Positions 26,938-32,000 of a stretch of 32,000 nt of DNA are shown in pieces. The position numbers and the translations under genes were made by a program. The first letter of the stretch is position 1; every line of letters starts with the position of its first letter. The DNA lies in contig NC_006138.1 of assembly GCF_000025945.1 (NCBI RefSeq), positions 2,970,001 to 3,002,000 on the forward strand. Direction: 5' to 3'. Origin of the DNA: Desulfotalea psychrophila LSv54 (GTDB lineage: Bacteria > Desulfobacterota > Desulfobulbia > Desulfobulbales > Desulfocapsaceae). Under the pieces are notes generated by a model. The model worked only from the letters and a program-made list of their open reading frames with translations. It was not told where the DNA came from and searched no databases.

Positions 26938-28704
26938 TTACGCTGCCAAAGGCAAAGAAACGGTGGCTATACAACCACTCTCTACCCCATTTTCTAGATA
27001 AAGCTTACCACCATGCTCTCCAATGATCTTGGCACTCATGGACAGCCCCAGTCCAGTTCCCTCTGCCTTGGTAGTAAAGTAGGGATCAAAAACATGAGCG
27101 AGCAAACTCTTCTCTACCCCCAGGCCATCATCAATGATCTGCACCTGATAAAAGCCAGCAACAACCTGGCAACGAACAACAATCTCCCCACCTGCCTGCA
27201 TAGCTTGAAAACTGTTTAAAAGCAGATTCAAAAACACCTGATTCAACCTATCAGCACTGCCGAGTACCCGTAGGGACGTGTCAGAAAATTCCGTAACAAG
27301 GCTAATACCTGCATCCTCTGCGTCCAAGGCGACCAAAGAGAGGGCCTTGGTAATTACCTTTTCCAGATAGACAATCTCGCCTCTCTCCTCCTCAGGCTTT
27401 GCATAGTCAAGAAGTTCTGTAATACTTCTATTGAGTCTTTCCACCTCATCCACCAGGACCTGAGCCGTTTGCTGCCCCTTAGAACCACCGGCAAAAAACG
27501 AGTGGAGAAGCATACCAAGGCCCTTAATTGAGCTGAGTGGATTACGCAGTTCGTGAGCAACTCCGGCTGCCATCTTACCAAGAGAGGCCAGATGGGCATG
27601 CCGTTGCATCTCTCTCTCCAATGCCTTCTGAGTCGTGAGGTCCTGGAGAAGAATCACATAGCCATCCTCATCACCAAGATCATTTTTCACCTCAACCAAA
27701 TTCAAAAAAAGTACCTTCTTTCCATCATCCGCCTCAACCTCTATCTCCTTCCCCTCCTGCCACCGACTGAGATCAAGAGCCAGCGAGGAGTGGGCCATTA
27801 ACTCCTCAAGCGGTTTTCCCAGAAAAGATTCATCCCTTATGCTCAGCAGAAAGCAGGCTGCATCGTTGATCAGACGGATAGCACCGTCACGGCCAACACC
27901 GACAAGACCAACGGGGATCGAGGCAACAAGATGATCTGTAAACACACGCATCTTGGCAAGCTCTGACTCAGAATGGCGAAAACTCTGCAGGGTCAAGAGA
28001 GAGAGCCCTCCACCCAGACCAACAAGCAATAAGACCACGGAGAGGATGGCTATTTGATTACGATTTTCTTTAAAACCGCTATTAAACTGATCGAGATCGA
28101 GGACGGCAAAGAGCCAGAGCCTTTTGCCATAGATGGTACCGGGACCTGCAAAAAACGGTCTATCTTTCCTGTGATGCATCATGGGACGCATTGCAGAACG
28201 CCGGCCCTGCCGGGAAAGATCAAGTAGAGTGAGCACCTGAAAAGTTTTTCCGTCGACATCTTCAGGAGCAAGTTCCCGAAAGAAAAACCTCTTCCTCCCT
28301 TGACCGACTACCGATTCTTTTAAAAATTTTTCGTCCGCTTGGGACAGAGCAAGCTCTTCACCATCCACCACCGAGGAGAGCACCTGACCATCAGCCAAAA
28401 CAATCTGCAGAGAATCCACCCCGGCCTGCTCCTGGGCCTGATCAATGGCCCGAAGCAGATAACCCTTAAAAAGGGTATTATCTATCGTCCCACCGGCACG
28501 ACGCAAAGATTTACGCATATCACTGGCAATAATACGACGTACAGCCTCTGTCTGTTGAAAAAGGGCGTTTTCCAACAACACCCTCTCTCGCTTATGCGAA
28601 CTCACCCCCAAGCCGGCAATAATAGCCGCGAGCAAGAAACATGCTACCGCAAAAATCCAAGGAGAGACATTAACAAGACCCTTTTTCATAGAACTCTGCC
28701 TCAC
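26938..28704 (-). CDS. membrane sensor histidine kinase (two TM helices flanking a periplasmic domain, PAS, HisKA, HATPase_c)
   Basis: 588 aa. H-box AHELRNPLSSIKG, N-box LNLLLNSFQAM, G-boxes IDDGLGV and GTGLGLSMS. TM1 is WIFAVACFLLAAIIAGLGV and TM2 is IAILSVVLLLVGLGGGLSLL. The start is GTG 28704 or ATG 28689. Confidence 0.9.
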   Translation of the reverse strand: MRQSSMKKGLVNVSPWIFAVACFLLAAIIAGLGVSSHKRERVLLENALFQQTEAVRRIIASDMRKSLRRAGGTIDNTLFKGYLLRAIDQAQEQAGVDSLQIVLADGQVLSSVVDGEELALSQADEKFLKESVVGQGRKRFFFRELAPEDVDGKTFQVLTLLDLSRQGRRSAMRPMMHHRKDRPFFAGPGTIYGKRLWLFAVLDLDQFNSGFKENRNQIAILSVVLLLVGLGGGLSLLTLQSFRHSESELAKMRVFTDHLVASIPVGLVGVGRDGAIRLINDAACFLLSIRDESFLGKPLEELMAHSSLALDLSRWQEGKEIEVEADDGKKVLFLNLVEVKNDLGDEDGYVILLQDLTTQKALEREMQRHAHLASLGKMAAGVAHELRNPLSSIKGLGMLLHSFFAGGSKGQQTAQVLVDEVERLNRSITELLDYAKPEEERGEIVYLEKVITKALSLVALDAEDAGISLVTEFSDTSLRVLGSADRLNQVFLNLLLNSFQAMQAGGEIVVRCQVVAGFYQVQIIDDGLGVEKSLLAHVFDPYFTTKAEGTGLGLSMSAKIIGEHGGKLYLENGVESGCIATVSLPLAA

Positions 28705-28715
28705 AGGGAGGCCTC

Positions 28716-30425
28716 TTAAAAAATTTTACTTTGAAAAATTTTCCCTAAGATTACCCGGGTAACAAGATATGTTGAGAAGACCCCCTCCGAGCCCATGGGG
28801 CCGGAGGCAAGGGTCTGACCACTTATAAGCGGGTTATCCGATGCATAATAGGCACAACGTACCTTGACATCAGCAGATAATCTTTTCCGTATTATGCTCG
28901 CACCAATTGCTCGCTGAAAATGGGCTCCCTCCATCTCCAGCCCCACCATCCCCCACTTGGATTTTAAAAATCTTTTGAGCAGATCGCTGTTTTGCAGGGA
29001 GGTGCCCAGGACCGTCAGCATTGAACCCGTAACAACTCTTATGCCCTTCTTACAGATGGTAAAATCTTCCGGTGCCAAATCGTTATCTACAATATAGTTA
29101 TCAGGTGTACCCTCAAGCACATAGGCGGAGGCCAACATAATGTCACCTTTTTTACCAGCAAGAATGCCCGCCTTACCCATAACAGAGATAGATTTCACAT
29201 CAAGTTTACAGTGGGGAAAATCGTCCTGGCCCCTTAAAAACTCATCAAGAATAGTAAAGGCCTGGGTACCAAAGGCATAATCAATCACCAGAAGCACAGG
29301 GGCATCTTCTCCCCATTGGTCGCCGACAATAGATGGATGGAGCACCTCAACTTTAGAGGTATCAATAAACTGAACATCAATACTGGAGCCAGATGTATCA
29401 TGCCAAAAGCGAAAACCATGCGCCAGGGCATACTCCTCCAGATCATCTTCTTCATCCCTAAGCTCCCGCACCATTACCGCCAGATCACTGGGTACCTCTC
29501 GATCTTGCCTCTGTAAATAGCCAGGACCATAGAGCACGTTACGACAGGAATGCATATTAGCACTAATTATATGCAGGGACCGATTCGCTAAACCACCCTC
29601 AACAATAGCCCCTATAACAGACTTTGCCCAAACAGATGCATACTTACTGGCGGCTATCATATCGTTCATGGAAGGGGCACATACTATCTGAAAGGTACTG
29701 GAAGGGTTTACCTCACACCCACCCCGGCACCTCCTCCCTATTTCATAAATAAAGGAGAAGAGACTGCTATTGGCACCATCCCGCAGGCGAGTTCCCTCCA
29801 AATACTCATAACTATCCCTGGTTTCCTTATAGCTGCGACCAAGAAATTTCGAGAGAACCCAGAGGGCCTGATCAAGCTCTTCCCCCTGAAGTTCAAGGTC
29901 TTCCCCCTGAAGCTGAACCCCACTCTCCATCAGTTTTTTTAACTTGGCCCAGTCGCCATTTACGGGGTCTTCTTCCGCCCGTATCAAATTATGTATCTTA
30001 GAGGCCTCAAGATTTAAAAAAACAATATGAGTAAGAATGTCATAAACCTCGCTCTCGCCCCGGGTGACGATAAAGCACATTTCAGTCTCAGAAATAGCAT
30101 AGGAGAGCCTGCGTCGTTTAAGTGGCGTCCTCTTTTCAAAGGATGTTTGAGCAAAATCGTCAACACTGGTAAGGACAAGTTTTTCACATTTCTCAATTCC
30201 ACGGGGCATACGATTAATCACGTACTCCAAGCCTTTAAGCTCAACGACACGCGGATCATTCATGGAACCATATATTTCAGGACTGATCTGAATGAGGGCC
30301 TCTGCCAACTTCTCCCCCATCACATCGGTTGGTCGATAATAACCCTGAATAATAATCGCATCGGCTATGGTTTTAAATGTAGCAATTGCCCTACGAGACC
30401 GTTGCGCCTTGGTAAGATGGTCCAT
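28716..30425 (-). CDS. uncharacterised protein: unknown ~380-aa N-terminal region + C-terminal nucleoside phosphorylase (PNP_UDP_1/MTA-AMP nucleosidase)-like domain
   Basis: 569 aa with SD GAGGA 6 nt upstream of the ATG. The C-terminal pattern is VLLVIDYAFGTQA, SVMGKAGILAGKKGDIML, GSMLTVLG, GLEMEGAHFQRA. I recognise no motif in the N-terminal two-thirds. Confidence 0.75.
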   Translation of the reverse strand: MDHLTKAQRSRRAIATFKTIADAIIIQGYYRPTDVMGEKLAEALIQISPEIYGSMNDPRVVELKGLEYVINRMPRGIEKCEKLVLTSVDDFAQTSFEKRTPLKRRRLSYAISETEMCFIVTRGESEVYDILTHIVFLNLEASKIHNLIRAEEDPVNGDWAKLKKLMESGVQLQGEDLELQGEELDQALWVLSKFLGRSYKETRDSYEYLEGTRLRDGANSSLFSFIYEIGRRCRGGCEVNPSSTFQIVCAPSMNDMIAASKYASVWAKSVIGAIVEGGLANRSLHIISANMHSCRNVLYGPGYLQRQDREVPSDLAVMVRELRDEEDDLEEYALAHGFRFWHDTSGSSIDVQFIDTSKVEVLHPSIVGDQWGEDAPVLLVIDYAFGTQAFTILDEFLRGQDDFPHCKLDVKSISVMGKAGILAGKKGDIMLASAYVLEGTPDNYIVDNDLAPEDFTICKKGIRVVTGSMLTVLGTSLQNSDLLKRFLKSKWGMVGLEMEGAHFQRAIGASIIRKRLSADVKVRCAYYASDNPLISGQTLASGPMGSEGVFSTYLVTRVILGKIFQSKIF

Positions 30426-30473
30426 ATAAAATCCTCATAAAGTCTTGTTTAGCAAGTTAGGTGAGAAAACATA

Positions 30474-30526
30474 CAGAAAAGATTAATACAACACGTATGA
30501 AAATACTACCATATCGTGTTGTATTA
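30474..30526 (-). terminator. intrinsic terminator after engB
   Basis: Perfect 12-bp inverted repeat TAATACAACACG (30484-30495) / CGTGTTGTATTA (30515-30526). On the minus strand it is followed by ATCTTTTCTG. Confidence 0.6.
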
Positions 30527-30577
30527 TAAGAAAAGTTACAGGAGAATGGGCAGGTGGGGCGAGAAGTAAGGGTAAGA

Positions 30578-31159
30578 CTAAGCTAGATAGGATTCCAAGA
30601 CTGCAATTAATTCATCACGCCCCTGGCCTGTCTTAGAAGAAAAAAGGATTCGCTCATCTTTTTTGATTCCATGACCTGCGTCAAGAATGGCGGCATGCCT
30701 GCTAAGCTGATTACCTGACAACTTATCTATTTTAGTATAAATCGGTAAAACAGGCACCTTCTGCTCACGAAGCCAGTCAAGCAATTGACGATCAAGGGCC
30801 TTAGGCTCATGGCGAATATCAATAATAACCACAACACACTTTAAAGCCTCTCTTTCGGAAATATAGCTGGTGATCAGCTTTTGCCAGTTATTTTGCATTT
30901 CTTTGGAGACCCGGGCAAAACCATAGCCAGGTAAATCGACGAGCATACAATCTTCAGCAGCCTGGAAAAAATTCAATCCCTGGGTTTTTCCCGGCCTGCC
31001 ACTTACCTTAACAAAACCACTTCGTCTCAACAGGGTATTCATCAGACTAGATTTACCAACATTAGACCGACCGGCAAAGGCAAACTCAGGCAAACCATCT
31101 TCAGGCAACTGGTCTAAACCGTGAACACTTAGGAGAAACGTAATATCGTTTAAATTCAC
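30578..31159 (-). CDS. engB: ribosome biogenesis GTP-binding protein YsxC/EngB
   Basis: 193 aa with G1 GRSNVGKSSLMN, DLPGYG and TKIDK. GTG start with GGAG upstream. Confidence 0.92.
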   Translation of the reverse strand: MNLNDITFLLSVHGLDQLPEDGLPEFAFAGRSNVGKSSLMNTLLRRSGFVKVSGRPGKTQGLNFFQAAEDCMLVDLPGYGFARVSKEMQNNWQKLITSYISEREALKCVVVIIDIRHEPKALDRQLLDWLREQKVPVLPIYTKIDKLSGNQLSRHAAILDAGHGIKKDERILFSSKTGQGRDELIAVLESYLA

Positions 31160-31180
31160 TGTTTCTTCTCCTCATTATAA

Positions 31181-31222
31181 TTAAAAACAAAATAGGGATA
31201 AAACCATAATTGGTTTTATCCC
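31181..31222 (-). terminator. intrinsic terminator after hisG
   Basis: Perfect 11-bp inverted repeat GGGATAAAACC / GGTTTTATCCC (31195-31222). On the minus strand it is followed by TATTTTGTTTTT. Confidence 0.7.
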
Positions 31223-31295
31223 ATAAATCTGCCCCCTACGAGGCTAAACCAGCATGTTTACCACAAACCGGTTTAAAGAAAAACAGCAAAGATGA

Positions 31296-32000
31296 TCAGA
31301 TCACCTTATTAAGAGCATACTCAATGATACCCTCGGCCCCAACCTTATGCAAACGGGGCACAAGATCACGAACAATATCTTTTGAGATAACAGTCTCAAC
31401 GGAAAACCATTCAGCATCGGAGAGTCCTGCTACAGTCGGAGCATTAACACTGGGGAGCATTGCAACAATTTCGTCAAGTTGCTCTGCTGCCACATTCATC
31501 TTGAGACCAACAATCCTATCGGCCTTGAGGGCCCCTTGAAGCAGGAGGCACATATTCTCAATTTTTTCACGCTTCCAAGGGTTCTCCCAAGCCTCTTTAT
31601 TGGCTATAAACTGGGTATTGGACTCCATGAGTTCATAAATAATTCTGAGACCATGGGCACGGATAGTATTTTCTGTTTCCGTTACCTCAACCACCGCATC
31701 CACAAGACCTGCAACTACCTTTGCCTCGGTGGCACCCCAAGAAAACTCGATCTCTACGTTGATACCAAGATCCTTAAAAAATCTCTCACTAACGCCAACG
31801 AGTTCTGTAGAAATTTTCTTCCCCTCAAGATCTTCAAGGGTTTTGATATCAGAATCACCAGCCACGGCAACCACCCAACGAGTGGGGCGGTTACTCACTT
31901 TAGAATAGACCAGATCACTTACCACAACAATCTCTGACTGATTCTCCATGGTCCAATCTTTGCCGGTGATACCAGCGTCCAACATACCACTCTCGACATA
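31296..32000 (-). CDS. hisG: ATP phosphoribosyltransferase, long form (N-terminus beyond window end)
   Basis: The frame stays open to the window edge (..YVESGMLDAGITGKDW..). The C-terminal HisG regulatory domain is present (LKMNV...APTVAGLSDAEWFSVETVI...GAEGIIEY). Confidence 0.9.
   Translation of the reverse strand, partial: YVESGMLDAGITGKDWTMENQSEIVVVSDLVYSKVSNRPTRWVVAVAGDSDIKTLEDLEGKKISTELVGVSERFFKDLGINVEIEFSWGATEAKVVAGLVDAVVEVTETENTIRAHGLRIIYELMESNTQFIANKEAWENPWKREKIENMCLLLQGALKADRIVGLKMNVAAEQLDEIVAMLPSVNAPTVAGLSDAEWFSVETVISKDIVRDLVPRLHKVGAEGIIEYALNKVI

Noticed and set aside
29879-29920. 21-nt near-tandem duplication (CTTCCCCCTGAAG repeated with period 21) inside the phosphorylase-like gene, encoding LQGEDLE/LQGEELD
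   Set aside because: It is real in the sequence and in-frame. However, it is only two copies in a probable linker, so it looks like an ordinary slippage duplication rather than a functional repeat array.
1-32000. Scan for tRNA/rRNA genes, CRISPR repeats, IS/transposase or integrase genes, and phage or toxin-antitoxin modules
   Set aside because: No periodic direct repeats, no terminal inverted repeats flanking ORFs, no recombinase-like ORFs and no cloverleaf-like segments in the intergenic regions. The window appears to be core chromosome.

Overview
Gene-dense chromosomal segment. Gene content suggests a Desulfobacterota/deltaproteobacterial genome, possibly Desulfobulbaceae-like; that placement is a guess from gene content only. 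I found no rRNA, tRNA, CRISPR array or mobile element. Contents by coordinate:
- 1-3970 (-): the rimP-nusA-ylxR-infB operon, with infB truncated by the window edge.
- 4560-9018 (+): topoisomerase III, rsfS and thrC.
- 9221-9767 (+): two tandem TatA-type genes.
- 10217-15341 (+): a three-gene split glutamate synthase with extra ferredoxin modules.
- 15526-17612 (+): a P-loop plus PPP-phosphatase gene broken by a frameshift.
- 17746-19710 (+): a DUF47/PhoU-like plus PiT phosphate-transporter pair.
- 19759-24643 (-): an oleB-oleC-oleD-like olefin/beta-lactone cluster without oleA, overlapping a downstream M48/TPR protease gene.
- 25176-26894 (+): msbA.
- 26938-30425 (-): a two-gene unit made of an uncharacterised protein with a nucleoside-phosphorylase-like C-terminus and a histidine kinase with no receiver partner.
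- 30578-32000 (-): engB and hisG, with hisG truncated by the window edge.

The candidates most worth follow-up are the phosphorylase-like/kinase unit, the frameshifted P-loop/FHA-like/phosphatase gene, the oleA-less ole cluster, the fused glutamate synthase subunits, and a terminator in the rimP-nusA leader. All product calls come from reading motifs by eye. No database search was run.
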